From an uncultured Acidobacteriota bacterium (GTDB taxonomy: Bacteria; Acidobacteriota; Thermoanaerobaculia; Thermoanaerobaculales; Sulfomarinibacteraceae): 64,000 nucleotides of DNA. The translations under genes and the position numbers were made by a program. Below the pieces are notes generated by a model. The model was given only the letters and a program-made list of their open reading frames with translations, ran no database searches and was not told the DNA's origin. The stretch is taken from the NCBI GenBank assembly GCA_963823445.1, contig CAWGLT010000016.1, positions 11,743 through 75,742 of the forward strand. Direction: 5' to 3'. Shown piece by piece: positions 1-13,900 of the stretch. Within the stretch, counting starts at the first letter, position 1. Every line of letters begins with the position of its first letter.

Positions 1-3000
1 TCGCGCAGGCCGGCACCCTGAACAACGTCGTGGCCGGGAACAGGATCGGAACCGATGTGAGCGGCCTCCTGGCGATCCCCAACGGAACCGCGAGCCTCTC
101 ACGCGGAGGGATCTGGCTGGGCAGCGTCGCGAATCGCATCGGCACCAACGAAGACTCGGTCTCCGACGAACTGGAGCGCAACCTGATCTCCGGTAACAAC
201 GGCACCGGGATCCTGGTCAACCTTCAAATCGACTCCGCGGCGGTCCCAAACCTGATCGCCGGCAACTACATTGGCGCCGACGCCGGCGGTCTCGCCGCCC
301 TGCCCAACACCGGCAGCGGCCTTTCGTCGGTCGTTAGCCCGACCTTCAACTACGTGATTCGCGGCAACGTGATCTCCGGCAACGGCGGTGGGGGGATCAC
401 CATCGGCGGTCTCTACCAGGCGGTCATCACCGGCAACCTGATCGGTGTTGGATCCGACGGCACCACGCCGATGGGCAACACCGGCGGGCCTGGAATCTCC
501 ATGGGAGGCAGCGACAACCAGATCGGGGGCGCGGCGCCCGGCGACGGGAACACCATCGCCAACAACAGCGCGGACGGCGTCGCCCTCCTGAGCTGGGTCC
601 GACGCACAAGCATCCGCGGCAACCGAATCTACGCCAACAGCGGTCTCGGAATCGACCTCAACGACAACGGCGTCACCCTCAACGACGCCGGCGACGGCGA
701 CACCGGCGCCAACGAGCTGCAGAACTTCCCGGTCCTCACCGGAGCGACCAGCTACGCCAACGGCGAGACCGTCATCCAGGGGACCCTCGACAGTCTGGCC
801 GGCACCACCTTCACCATCGACATCTACTCCAGCGCCGCCGCCGACGGCAGCGGCTACGGCGAAGGCGAGACCTATCACGGCGCCGCGCAGGTCACCACCG
901 ACGGCGGTGGCCTCGCGATGTTCGAGGTCACGCTTGCCGGAGTGACCATCGCGGCGGCTCGCTGGGTCGCCGCCACCGCCACCGACCCGGACGGGAACAC
1001 CTCCGAATTCTCGCTGGCGATCGGGCCGACAGGAGGTGTCCAGGACGTGCCGATCACCGGTCTTTCCGCGCTGGTCGGCACGCCGGTTTACGTCGGCACC
1101 GCCGCCGCTTTCAGCGCCGGCGTGGCGGCGGGGACCAACGTCTCCTACCAGTGGGACTTCGGCGACGGCGGCATGGACGTTGGCGCGTCTGCCCAGCACA
1201 CCTACCTCGCCGGCGGCGAGCACACCGCCACCGTGACCGCCAGCAACTCGAGCAGCAGCGGCCAGGCCAGCCTGAACGTGATCGTGATCGAACCGGCCAA
1301 CGTCAACGGCGTGGTCTGGTACGACAAGGACGAAGATGGCTTTTTCGGGCTCGGCGAATCGAGCCACCTGCATCCCGGCGGGGCGGTCGTCACGGCGACC
1401 CTGGTCCAGGACCCGCAAGTGTCGGTCAGCGACGTCAGGGACAACAACGGGTACTACCAGATTCTGGTCCCCCAGGCAGGGACCTGGGTGGTGGCGGTTG
1501 ATCGCGATCTCTGGCATGCCACCAGCCCGAACCCGTTCTCGGTGGTGGTAAGCACGGATGGCGGGGTCAGGATCGACTTCGGCATGAACCTCAATCCGTC
1601 ACCTGGCACCGGGCGCATCAACGGGCGGGCCTGGTTGGACGGCAACGGCAGCGGCTTCCCGGACTCCGGCGAAACACCGCTGTCTGGCCTGACGGTGACC
1701 CTTCGGGACGCCGGCGGCGTCCTGTCAACCAGCACGACGGATGGCGCCGGCTGGATCAACATTCCGGCGCTGGCTCCGGGCACGTATTGGGTTGACGTCG
1801 CCGCCCCGGCCGGCGTCTATCCGACCATTCGCACCAACATGGTCACAGTGGTTGCGGGTTTGGTAGTCAACTCCCACGCGCCGTTCTCTCTAGGCGGCGG
1901 CGTCAGCGGCCAGGTGAATGGACAGTCCGGCGTGGGGGTCGGCGGCGTAGCCCTGACTTTGATGCCCGACAACCTCCAAGTGACCACCGCCGCGGACGGT
2001 GGCTACAATTTCGCCGGGCTCGCCGCCGGGGACCGCACGCTGCACATCGACCCGGGGCCGAACTTCGTCACACCGGACGGTGTCGAGCAGCGGCTCGTGC
2101 CGGTGGTTCTGAACAACGGGGCGGTGGAGAACTGGTCGTTGCTGCGCAGGGGGCGGCTGATGGTGAAAGCGACCCAGGTCAACAACGGGCAGGTGCTGCC
2201 GGTGGGCAATATGTTCTTCGAGCTGCTGCAGAGCGGCACCGTGGTGGATTTTGTCATGACGGATCTCACCGGGCAGGCAGTGATCGACGGGCTGACCCCG
2301 GGAACCTACACCGCGCGCCCGTTCGCCGCGGCCGTCCTCCCAGGCTCGTTGGTCAATCCCGCCGAGCGAACCGCCACCGTCACCTACGACAGCGCCGCTA
2401 CGCTCGCCTTCAGCTTCAACCTGGCCCGTTCCGTCAGCCTGCACTGCCGCCTGGCCGGCGAGTCGCCGCCGAATGGCTTCGCCTGTCAGTACGAGATTCG
2501 CAACAGCACCGGCAGTCTGATAGACACCGGGGCGCTGACTGCAGCCAACCCGTCGACAACGCTGTGGAACCTGAATCCCGCCACGCTGGGGGTGCACCTG
2601 ATCCCCGACGTGGGCGTGCCAGGGCAGGGGTCCTGGCCCACCCACAGCCAGGTCGTGGTGTTGGATAACAGCACCCATGCCCACGTCTACTACCCGTTCA
2701 ATCCCGCGAATCCACAGACCATCAACGGCTACGCATTTTGGGACCGTTGCGTACCGGTTGGCATCCGCGGCGGGTCGGGGACGTGCAACGAAACCAACGC
2801 CGGCAGCAACAACGGTCTCACCGTCACCCTCGAGACGGCCGCCGGAGCCGTGATCGCCACGACCCAAACCAGCAACGGCACGGGGTACAACACCGGCTAT
2901 TTCGAGTTTCCCGACACGCCGATTGGTGCGTACCGGGTGGCGATCGCCCTGCCCCCCGGCTACACCGCAACAACGGCGACCCAGATCGCGGTGACCTTGG

Positions 3001-6000
3001 ACGGGGTCGCGAACTCAGAGCAGCTCGCGTTCGGCTACCAGCGGGTCGAGAACGGCCTCATCACGGGTCGGGTCTTTGTCGACATGGACAGCAACGGGCA
3101 GTACGGCGCGGCCTGGGACGACGCGCTGGCCGGGAAAGCGATCACCGTTACCACGGCAGACGGTCAACCAGTCGCCAACCTCACGACGGCGTCCGACGGG
3201 TCTTTCAGCTTGAGCCCCGTAGGAGGGGGTAGCTATCGGGTCAGCCTGGATCATGCCAATCAGACGATCACCAAGGCCGCGGCGGTCCTCGACAGCAACG
3301 TCGCGGCGGTGGTCGAGTTCCCCCTGCCGCCGCTCACCACTCGACCGCGCGTACTCGTGTTCGTAGACAGCGACAACAATGGGGTCGTGGATGAAGGCGA
3401 GCAGCGCTTGTCCGACGTCTATGTCGACCTGCTCGGTCTGCCCTGTCGCGAGACTGGCGCGCTTGTGCAAAACGGTCGCACCGACGCCGGTGGGCTGGCC
3501 GAGTTCGACACATTACCCAACGGAGACGGCACGGTATGCGCGCGGGTCAGCGCGGGTCTGGGCCCCGAGCTGTACCCGGCCAGCCCGAGCGGGGTTGTCG
3601 TGCACCGCGGGGTCGGCCAGCCGGTTCCTCTGTCGGTACTGGTTGCCGGTACGTTGCGGGTGCGACTCTTCTGGGATGCCAACGGCAACGCCCAGAAAGA
3701 CGGCGGCGAGCCGCTGGTGTCGGGCGGAACAGCGACGATCGCCGGTACGACCCAAGCGGTTGCCTCGGGGGGGACCACGTTTCTCCTGCAGCCTGGGAGC
3801 TACGACGCGATGATCGTCCCGCCCGCGGGCTACCTTCCAGGCACATCATTGCCGCTCGTCGTCGTGGTCGAAAGCGCCACGGCACAGATCCTGCCGGTTC
3901 CCCTGCGGATCGAAGGCGGAATCGGCGGCGTGGTCACGAGCCCGGATGGCGTCGGCGTCGGCTTGACCGTCGAGCTGGAGAACCTGGCAACCGGCCAGAC
4001 GCTGGCGACCACCACGACCGCGAACGCGGGCGGCGGCCTCTCCACGACCACCTTCGCCTTCAACAACCTGAACAGCGGCACCTACCGGCTGCGGCTGCCG
4101 GTTCCGCCGGCGGGCTACAAGGCGGCCAGCGAACCTCTGGTCAGCTACGTCGCCGGGGCTGCGCAAACCGAGAACCTCGCGCTGATCTACGCCGGCTCCG
4201 CCGGCGGCCGGCGCTATTTCGCCTTTTATGGGGGACCGGCGCCAGGAGACAGCCCTAGGAGGCCCGTCGCGCTGGTCGATCTCAGCAACGGCCAGGTCAT
4301 CACGCAGGAGGCGTCGCCGGATGGTGTATTCCTCTTCGACGGCCTCCAGGGCACCACTCCGTACGCGCTCACCGTGCCCAACCTCACTGGATACAAGGTC
4401 CACCACGCACCGGGTTGGTTCATGGCGGGGGCGCAGAACGTCAGCCACGACGTAGGAACCACTATGGCGGGTAACGTCTCGGGTTTCGACAGCCTCTCGG
4501 CGACCGTGTTCTACACCCAGGGGAACACCAGGATTCCGATCGGCGGCGTGCTCGGGATCTACTACGCCGCGGTGGGAGGCAGCTGCGACGTTGCCAACCC
4601 GACGGTGCGTGAAGCGGGCTACTCCGACGCCCAGGGGAAGATCTGGTTTCTCGACTACGAGGGCAGCGGGGATGGTTGCGCCCGCATCGTCGACGTGTAC
4701 GGATTCTCCGATTCGGAGCCGTATCTGATCAGCTGCGACCTGCCCGGTGCGACCTGCAGCGACGCATATGGAGGGGGCTACTCCGTTCAGCGGGACTTCG
4801 AGCTGATCCCGCTCGGGGCTTCTGATTTCCACATCAATGCGGTGACGGACCTTTCGTGGTCAGCCTTCCGCGACGACAACGGCAACCGTGAATGGGATGC
4901 GGTTGAAACTGGAATCCAGGGGGCGATGTTGACAGGTGGATCCGCGACCGCCACCAGCGGGCCGGATGGGACGGCCGTGCTCGCGGGTCTGCCCCCGGGT
5001 ATCCACAGCGCAACGATCACGCCGCCGCCCGGGTTCGAGGTCAATGGTCCGACGGAGCGGACTCTGGCGCCTTCAGGGAACAGTCTGCGCCTGCCGCCCA
5101 TCCCGCTCCGTCCGGCTGGGGTGACCACCCTGACTGCCTTCGTCGACCTGGATGGAGATGGCCTCCTCGGGACGATCGAGCACGGTCTGGGAGGCGTCGT
5201 TTTCGACCTCAACGGGCCGGCATCTGCGAGCGGAACCACGCTGCCCGACGGCCGAGCCATGCTCGCCGGGTTGCCGGACGGTGCGTACACCGTGACGGTA
5301 ACTCCACCTGCCGGGTTCGCACCCGCGGCACCGTTCGCGCTGGTCCTGCTGAATGGCGGCGCGGCCGCGGCGCCGCTGCGGCCAGCGGGCCTCGTCAGCG
5401 GCATTCTGTACGAGGACTGGGATGGGGACGGGACCCGCCGCCACGACGAGCCGGTCCACCTGTCGCCGGTTGACCTGACGCTCGACAACGGGAGCGCGAC
5501 GGTGGCCGGCCTCGCCACCGCCGGCCAGGCGATCTTCACGGGTGTTGCCTCCGACAGCTACATGCTCACTTCCCCCTTCAGCCTGGTGGAGTCCACGGCG
5601 GTTGTGGTGCCGGCGAGCGGCAGCCTGGGTGTTGGGCTGCCCATCGTTGCGCCGGGAAGGGTGCTCGGCACTGCCTGGCTGGATGCCGACCAGGATGGCG
5701 TGCGCGCGCCGTGGGAGACGCCGCTCTCTGGCGTGTCGGTGACGGTGGCAGGCCAGACGGTCACGACGGACGACGACGGTCGGTATATCGTCTTCGACCT
5801 CGACCCCGGCACCTACAATCTCACCGTCGCGCTGCCCAACGGCCTCACCGCGACGGTCGGCCAGGCGGTGGTCGGCGCAGGGAGGGGCGCGGTCGTCCCC
5901 ATCGCCGCCCAGGCCGGCGCGGACATCGTCCTGCTCGCCGTGACCGCGGATGACGGCGACGTGTCAACGGTTCCCGGCGGCACCGTCACCTACACCCTCG

Positions 6001-7734
6001 GCTACTCCAACTTCGGCACCGCCGGTGCGGCCGGGGTCACGATCACCGAGATCGGTGCCCGCGCACACCACCTTCGCCGCCGGCTCGAGCTCACCCGGAT
6101 GGGTGTGCACCCCGGACATCACGGCGGGCAGCGTCTGCACCCTGGCGGTGGGAATCGTCCCGGCCGGCGGCGTGGGCAGCGTCGACTTCGCCCTGACCGT
6201 GGTCAACCCGGTGCCGGCGGGGGTGACCGAGATCTCGAACACGGCCGCGATCGACCACGACGGCAGCGGCGGCAGCGACCCCGACCCGTCCGACAACACC
6301 GCCACCGACACCACCCCGGTCGAGGCTGTCCCCGACCTCACGGTGATCAAGACCGACGGCGGGGTTTCGACCGCAGCGGGCGCCACCCTCGCCTACACCT
6401 TGAGCTTCGCCAACCACGGCGACCAGGGCGCCACCGGGGTCGCCCTCAGCGACACGGTGCCGGCGAGCACGACCTTCGACCCGGGCTCGAGTTCGCCGGG
6501 ATGGATCTGCTCGCCGGACGGTTCGGCCGGCAGCGTCTGCACAAACCAGGTCGGGACCCTCGAGGGCGGCGGCGCGGCAGGCGCAGCGGCTTTCGCCGTC
6601 ATCATCGACAACCCGGTGCCGCCGGGAGTGACCCAGATCTTCAACACCGCCTCGGTCGCCGACGACGGAGGCAACGGCGCCGACGCCGACCCGTCCGACA
6701 ACACCGACACCATCGCCACCGACTTCGACTCCACCCCGCCCACGGTCGCCAACCTCGACTCGGTGTCGGGCACCGGCGACGGCCGACTCGAGGAATGCGA
6801 GACCGCCCATGGGATCTCGATCTCGAGCTTCGTGGTCAGCTTCAGCGAGCCGGTCCAGGATCTCCCTGGGGACACCGGACCCGACGATGTGACCAACCCG
6901 GCCAACTACCTGGTCATCGGCGCCGGGGCCGATCACGAGATCGACACCTCGGTCTGCGGCGCGGTGCTCGGCGACGATCTGGAGACGGCGATCGCGAGGG
7001 TGACCTATGACCAGGGCACGACCACCGCGATGGTCGATCTGACGCGGGCTCTCGACAGCTCGCTGTACCGGGTGCTGGCGTGCGGCTCGACCACCATCGT
7101 CGACCTCGCCGGGGTACCCCTCGACGGGGACGGCGACGGCGCCGGCGGCGACGACTTCGCCCGCACGTTCCGGGTTGATCGGAACAACCTGCTCGCCAAC
7201 GGCCACTTCGACTGCTCGATCGAGGGCTGGACGATCGACGAAACGGTCTCGTTCTCGGTGCTGTACAGCACGCTGGATGCCGACGGCTCGACCCTCTCCG
7301 GTTCGGCGGCGGTCTCGCTGCCCACCGCCACCGGAAACCCCGAGAGCTTCTCCCTCGGGCAGTGTGTGCCGATGGCGGCCGGCTCGCTCGCCGCCATGGA
7401 TCAGCTCCTGCGGGTGGACGCCGCGCCGGGGGTCACCCTCGATCACACCCTGGAGTGTGAGTTCTTCGCCGACCCGGCGTGCAGCGGCACGAGCCTGGGG
7501 ATGTCCGAGCACTCATCCGTCGTGTCCGACACGGCGGGAGTCTGGATTGTTCTGGAGCTTCTTGCCGCCGCACCTTCCGGCAGCCTCTCTGCGCGGTGTC
7601 GATCGACCCTCGCCACCAGCAACGGTTCCGCGTTCGACGCGCACATGGACCACCTCCTGCTCGAGGTTCTCCCGCTCTTTGCCGACGGGTTCGAGTCGGG
7701 CACCACCGGATCATGGTCCCACACCTTACCCTGA
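1..7734 (+). CDS. Giant surface/adhesin-like protein (parallel beta-helix, PKD, SdrD-B/Cna-B-like repeats, DUF11-like repeats, C-terminal FADGFESG tail); 5'-partial; apparent +1 frameshift near 6053
   Basis: Frame is open from the window edge. It has GNxISGN repeats, the PKD motif YQWDFGDG and repeated GxVWxDxDxDG modules. The frame switch at GAG-ATCGGTG-CCCGCG joins ORF 30..7010 to ORF 5950..7734 (VPAHTTF matches the later repeat TVPASTTF). Confidence 0.85.
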
Positions 7735-7902
7735 TGCCGGCGCAAGGTTGTCTCGTGGCACGTGCCGATGCCAATTCGCCAGATCGTCCGCGGGCTGGAA
7801 GACGCCACCACTCCTTGCAGCGCGAGCCCACCGCGGGGTTCGCGATAGTCAAGGCGCACCGGGACGAGCAGCCGCGGACCAGGACACGGATGCGGGAGCG
7901 GC

Positions 7903-10900
7903 CTACTCCTCAATCACCTCCAAACGGTGCCCCGCGGAATACGCCGTAAACTCCGGCGCGTACATGCTCTGGAGCGTCGCCGGGCCGACCTTGAAGGCGC
8001 CGGCCATGTTGGCCCTGAGGCGGTACTTGAAGGTGTACTCGCCGGCCGGGAGCCACTCGAAGAAGAAGTTGGTCCCCGAGTCGCGCACCTCCTCGTACCA
8101 GCCGATCCCGAGATCCCACTTGTACTGCGAGTGGAGCGTCTCGGGCTCGAAGCCGGCGCCGCGCGGGTCTCTGAGGTGGACGTACTCGGCGGCGTGCTTG
8201 GCGCTGATCGAGAGGTGGACCTCGATCTGATCGCCGGGCGCGAGCTCCTCGCCGTCGGCGAGGGGACGCAGCACCCAACGGGCGCCGTCGTTGAACCGGC
8301 GGAAGTACTGCCGGGTCACGCCGAAGAGGTCGCCGCGCGCCTCCTCCGGGAGCTTCTCGGTGGAGAAGTGCCAGGTCGCAGAGGCAAAGGCGAAGCCCTT
8401 GGCCTCCTTCTCGACGACGATGGTCGACATGGTCTTCGGATCGACCTCGGGGCCGGGGACGATGACCCGGTTCCGGGCGCCGGTGTACTCGTCGGGCGAA
8501 AAGACCATCTCGGTTCGCCGCGGTCCGATGATGACGGTGGCGTCTTCGCGGACACCGAGGCCGTCTTCTTGTTCGAGATAGTGGACCAGGGAGGAGATGA
8601 CCTCGGCGGTGGCGCGGGTCGACTTCCAGTGGTTGAGCTTCTTGTTGAGCAGCAGCCACTGGACCATCCCGTGCCGGCGCTCGTCGGTGGGATCGAGCTC
8701 GCCCAAGACCCTGAGCGCGAAGGCGTGGGTCTCGATGGTGTCGTTGTACCAGAGCCAGGCGCGGTCCTCGGGCGCCCAGTAGGTGCCGAGATCGCGCTCG
8801 GTCTTCGCCGAGTCCATGACCGCGTCGAAGACGAGCACGGCGTCGTCGTGGCGGCCGGCCCGCTCGAGGGTCAGGGCGAGATACCCCTTGAGAAGGGGTG
8901 AGTGGTCGCGCCAGTGGCGGAAGCTGAAATCGAGCATGGTTTTGCGGTCGTCGGCGGTGAAGACCCCACCGGTCCAACTCTCGTCCGGGTAGTTGGAGAG
9001 CACGAAGTTGAGGTAGGTGACGAACTCCCAGCAGCAGTCGAGGCCCACCATCATGTTCACCATCTCGTCGAGATAGTGGCGGTGCATATAGGCCCAGGCG
9101 CGGATGACGACATCCTTGGGCGCCTCGACGCCGAACTCGAGACCCTTGGAGAAACCGTAGAGGATGTAGAGGGTCATGTAGGGCGACGGCGGCCCGCCCG
9201 GCCACCACGGGAAGGCGCCGAGGGAGGTCTGGGCCTTGACGAGCTTGGCGAGGGCGGCATCGCGCTCGGCGCGGGCGACCCGCGGGTCGAGGACCTTGAT
9301 GAGATCGTCGGCATCCTCGGTCCCGCCCCGCGAGGTCCGCAGCCAGGGCGTCTCCTCGAGGGTCATCTTGCGGTTGGGGTCGGTGGCGTCCCAGGTCTCG
9401 TAGCGGACGTCGCGTTCGGCGAGCTTGGCGGCCATCTTCGCCACCGACGGATAGTCGTCGAAGACCCCGGCGACGATCCCCGACGAGAGGAACCGGTTGA
9501 GGGTCTGCTCGGTGCACTCGTAGGGGTAGTCGACAAGGTACGGCAGGGCGCCGAGCACCGAGTAGAAGAGCTGGGCGTCGACGCTGACCACGAGCTGGTC
9601 GTGGATGAGGCTCGGATCGTCGTCGGCCGCCATGTCGGCGAAGCTGAGCTCGCGGCGGTCGCGGTCGCGCAGCGTCACGAAGCGCGACTGGGCGAGGTGC
9701 ATCCGGCCGGGCAGCACCGGCAGCGGGCGCAGCTCGCCGTCGGAGAAGGCGCCGGCGCGGGCGGTCGCCTTGAAGGCGACGGTGCCGACGCGGGCCGGGA
9801 CCCGCACCGGGAAGGCCAGATCGGCGCCGCCGCCGGGTTCGACGGTGAAGGGCACGCCGGTCGTGTCGGCGGCGGTCAGGCCGAAGAGGGGCCGGAGATC
9901 CTCGCCGGTCTCCGGATCGCGGATCTCGAAATCGAGTGCGCCGGTGAACGCATCCTCGCCGGCGTTGTTGACGACGACCTTGATCGCGGCCTCGTCGCCC
10001 TCGCGCAGGAAGCGCGGGAGATACGGCCGGACCATGAGCTCCTTGACGCTCCGGGTCGTCCGGTGGGCCGAACCGCCACGGAGGTCGCGGGTCACGGCGT
10101 GGAGCCAGACGTTCCACTCGGTGACCGAGTCGGGCACCTCGAACTCGATGACGGCGGCGCCGTCGTCGTCGAAGAGCAGATGCGGTTGCCAGAATGCGGT
10201 CTCGGAGAAGTTCGAGCGCAGCTCCATGGGGGCTTCGCCGACGCCGCCGCCGGTGGCGTCCTTGTCCTCGCCACCCTTCCCAGGAGCCACTTCAGGTGTT
10301 TGCCACTTCGACGGTCGATCTCGACTCATCGAATCGGCCCCACGGTCTTCGTCCATCGCCGCCGACGGCATGGCCTGGGCCATCATCTCGCGGCCGTCGG
10401 CCATCTCCATCTTGGCGGCGTAGAACCGCCCGCGTCGTCCCGGACCGCCGACGCCATAGCCCGAGATCTCCTTGAGACGATCGCCGCGCAGACCCGGGTA
10501 GCCCGGAAGCGGAGAGAATCCCCAGCCCCCCTGCCACACCGGCGAGGCCGTGCCGAGGCTCGACCAGGCGATCGAGACCGCCGTGCGCGTCGGATAGAGG
10601 GCGAGCGGACTCGGCGGCGAGTGCGGCGCGAAGATGTCGAGGGAGCGGTCGTACATATAGGCGAGCAGCTCGGCCGATGCCGCATCCACCACGGACTCGT
10701 CGTGGCCGCGGACGGTGACCCGGAAGGTCTCGGATGTTCCGGGCCGCAACCGGTCGCGGAAGGTCGCGAACTCCAAATCGAGCTCACGATCGGTCCACGG
10801 CACCATCACCGTGGCGCTCTGCTGCATGAGCTGGAAGTCGCGGACGAGGGTGAGGGTGACGCCGAACCCGCCGCGATCGGCCATGGTCACGGGAAGCTCG

Positions 10901-13900
10901 ATGAGCCCGCTGCGACCGGGCCCGATCTCGCGTTGTTCGAGCCGCCGCCCGTCGCGGAAGATCTCGAGGACCATCTGCTGCGCCTTGAGCCCGGTGTGGA
11001 CGAGCAGGCGCGCGGTGCCGCCGACCTCGACCGACGATTTCTCGAACCCGATCACCATCGGCAGGCTGACGGGGGTCCGGCGCTCGCCGACCACCACCAG
11101 CTGCTGCGCGGTTTCATATGTCGCACCGAAATCGTCCTTCGTGGTGTAGAGCAGGCGGTAGGCGCCGGCGGCGACCCCGGGGAGATCGATCTCGGCGGCG
11201 CCGTCGTCACCGTGGCTCAGCGTTCCGGCGGCGACCTCGGGGCCCGCGGGCCAGGCGGCCATCACCGCCCGGTGATCGTAGGAGGTGTCCCACCGCGCGC
11301 GGAGTCCGTCGCCCTCGCTGGCGTAGTCCTCGTAACCCGGTCTGGAAGGCCGGGTCAGATCCGCCGGCATCACCGCGTCGTCCGGTTGCTCGAGGCGCAC
11401 CAGCCGCCACGCGGCGGAGCCGGCGCGCGGGCTGCCGTCGAGATCGCTGCGGACGACGTTGAAGGTCGCGGGCTCGTCCTGGGTGAGAAAACCGAGATCC
11501 GAGGCGATGGCGGCCTCGACCGCGACAAAACCGAGGCGGAAGCTGCGGTCGGCCGAGCGGGTCTCGCCGCCCTCGTCGGTGACGTCCACCGACAGCCGGT
11601 AGCGGTAGGTCACGCCGTCGGCGGCCTCGCGCTCGTCGGCTGCGGGGGTGAAGGCGATTTCGAACTCCCCTTCGTCATCGAGCCCGCTCTCACCCGAGGC
11701 GACGATCTGGCTCTCGCTCTGCGGCGATGGATACCACCAGCCCCACCACCAGGGGTAGACCGGCTCCCGGGTCACCCGCCAGCGGACATCGCCGGTGACC
11801 ACCGGGAGGCCGAAGTAGTACTGGACGCTGCCGGCCAGAACCGCCGGCCGGTTGAGGCGAAGGGCCTCGGGGGGGTCGCCGATGGTGACCTCGAAGGTCG
11901 GCCGCTTGTACTCCTCGACCCGCACCGCCGTGTCGCCGCCGAGGGAGGTCTCGCAGCCGCCACTGACCGAGCAGCCGCCCGGCGGGAATCTCGAAGCTCG
12001 CGGAGGCCGAGCCGAAGGCGTTGGTCTCGAGGGTGGTCTCGGCCACGATTTCGTAGTTGGCGTCCATGAGGCTCACCGAGATCGCGGTCCCGGGCAGGGT
12101 CCGGTACTCGATGTCCTCGCCGCCGCCGCGGTAGGCCACGACCTTGAAGTGGAGCTCCTGCTGCGGCCGGTAGACCGAGCGATCGGTGTAGACGAGCGCG
12201 GCGGTGTGGGCGGAGCGCTCGCTCTCTGAGTACTGCCAGAGCCCCCTGAGGTCGTACGCCAGGTTCTCGCCGTCCCGGGCGAGGAGGAAGTGGCGTTCGC
12301 GTCTCCAACCGCCCGGGCTCAACTTCACCCGGCCGTCGGGGCCGGTGGTCCGGGTCGCCACCGCCCGGTGGCCGTTGCGCCAGTCGAACCGGAAGAGCTC
12401 GACGGTGACGCCGCCGAGGGCCTGCCCGCTCGAGCCCGAGCGCGCGGTGATCTCGTAGCCGCCGTCGGCCTGCTCGGTCACCAGCACGAGATCGGTGAGG
12501 AGGAAGTTGCACGCCAGGATGAGGTTCTGGTTCTCGGAAAAATCGCGCCGCGGCGAAGCGACGATGAGATAGGCGCCGGGCGAGGAGATCGGCGGCACCG
12601 AGTAGCTGAGGTGGGAGCGATAGTCCGGGCTCGGCGGCAGGATGTGGGTCCACTCCGCGACGGGCTCGGACGCGGCCATGATCTCGGGGACCTCGCGGTG
12701 CCCCGGCAGCAGCTGGTGGTCCTCGGCCGAGGTGATGGCGTCGATGAGATCGTAGGGATAGGCGCGAAAGTACAGGGTGTCGAGGTTCGCCGAGTCGATC
12801 TGGATCGATCTTCGGCCCTCGCCATCGGCGGTCATGACCTGGATCGCGTAGCTCGGCGCCTCGATGGCCGCGACCGTGTGATTGCAGCGCTCTCCGCCGA
12901 TGGACTTGGGGTGGCGGTCGCGGCCGGCGACGGCGGCGGCGCGGGCGCGGATGAGCGCATCCGGGGCGTCCTCGGCGCGGATGAGCTCGGCGAGGAGCGA
13001 CTGCCCCATGGACCACCACTCGTAGCTCGGGTCGAAGCCCGCCTGGGTCGTCTCGAGGCTCTCCCGGATGGCCAGCCGATCGTGCCGGTTGGAAAACGCG
13101 GCGTTGAAGCGCCGCAGACGCTCGAGCCGGGCTTCGAGGGCGGCCTCGGGCCGAGCCGACGACGCGTGCCACGCCTCGAGATCGTCGAGGACGGCGCCGA
13201 TCTTGACCAGCGGGTGGAGTTCGGGATCGGCGAGATCGAGGACGGCGGATTCGGCGGGGCTGCCGGCCAGGAGGGCCGCGAAGTCGATTCTGAACACGTC
13301 GTTGCTCTGGTCCGGCCGCCACAGCGAGGTGTCGGCGAGGAGCTCGGTCCAGAGATAGCTCACCGCGTCGCGCAGGGTGCCGCGGATCCGCGGCGGGAAG
13401 TCGTTCTGGTCGATGTACCGGGCGAGCGCGCCGATGCCTTCGTCGCCCCAGCTCCCGCGTCTCGCCCAGAGCTCACCGAAGGCGCGGTTGGACTCCTCGA
13501 CGATCTGATCGACATCCCACTTCTTGAGATCGAGCTCGGCCGTGGTCTCCACCCGCTCGCGTTGGCGGATCTCCCACGAGTAGGCGTGGACATAGGTGAC
13601 GAGGGAGTGGGCGTAGTAGAGATCGAGCACCGCCCGCGAGACCTCGTCGTCGGGCCACGGCTCGTCCTTGAGGAAGCGCACGGCGGTCTCGTAGCCGTGC
13701 AGCGCGCTGCGCAGCTTGACCTGCTCGACGATGGCGCGGGTCCACTCCGCGGCGTCGTCGTTCGCCGCCGCGCGGACGCGGATGGCCTCGACGAGATCGA
13801 ACGCCGCCTCGTACTTCTGTTCGTTCTGCAGACGTTGAACTTCGTCCCAGTTCAGCTTGACCTCCTCGGAGACCGTTTGACCCGCGGGGGCCTCCCCATT

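Noticed and set aside
6055-7010. Arg/His-rich C-terminus of the 2326-aa ORF as a real domain
   Set aside because: It is an out-of-frame read after the frameshift; the alternative frame encodes coherent DUF11-like repeats.
8902-12069. Long antisense ORFs (also 17935..20913, 23508..25379, 59199..61538 and many others)
   Set aside because: Shadow ORFs opposite well-supported genes, as expected in high-GC DNA; they carry no recognisable motifs.
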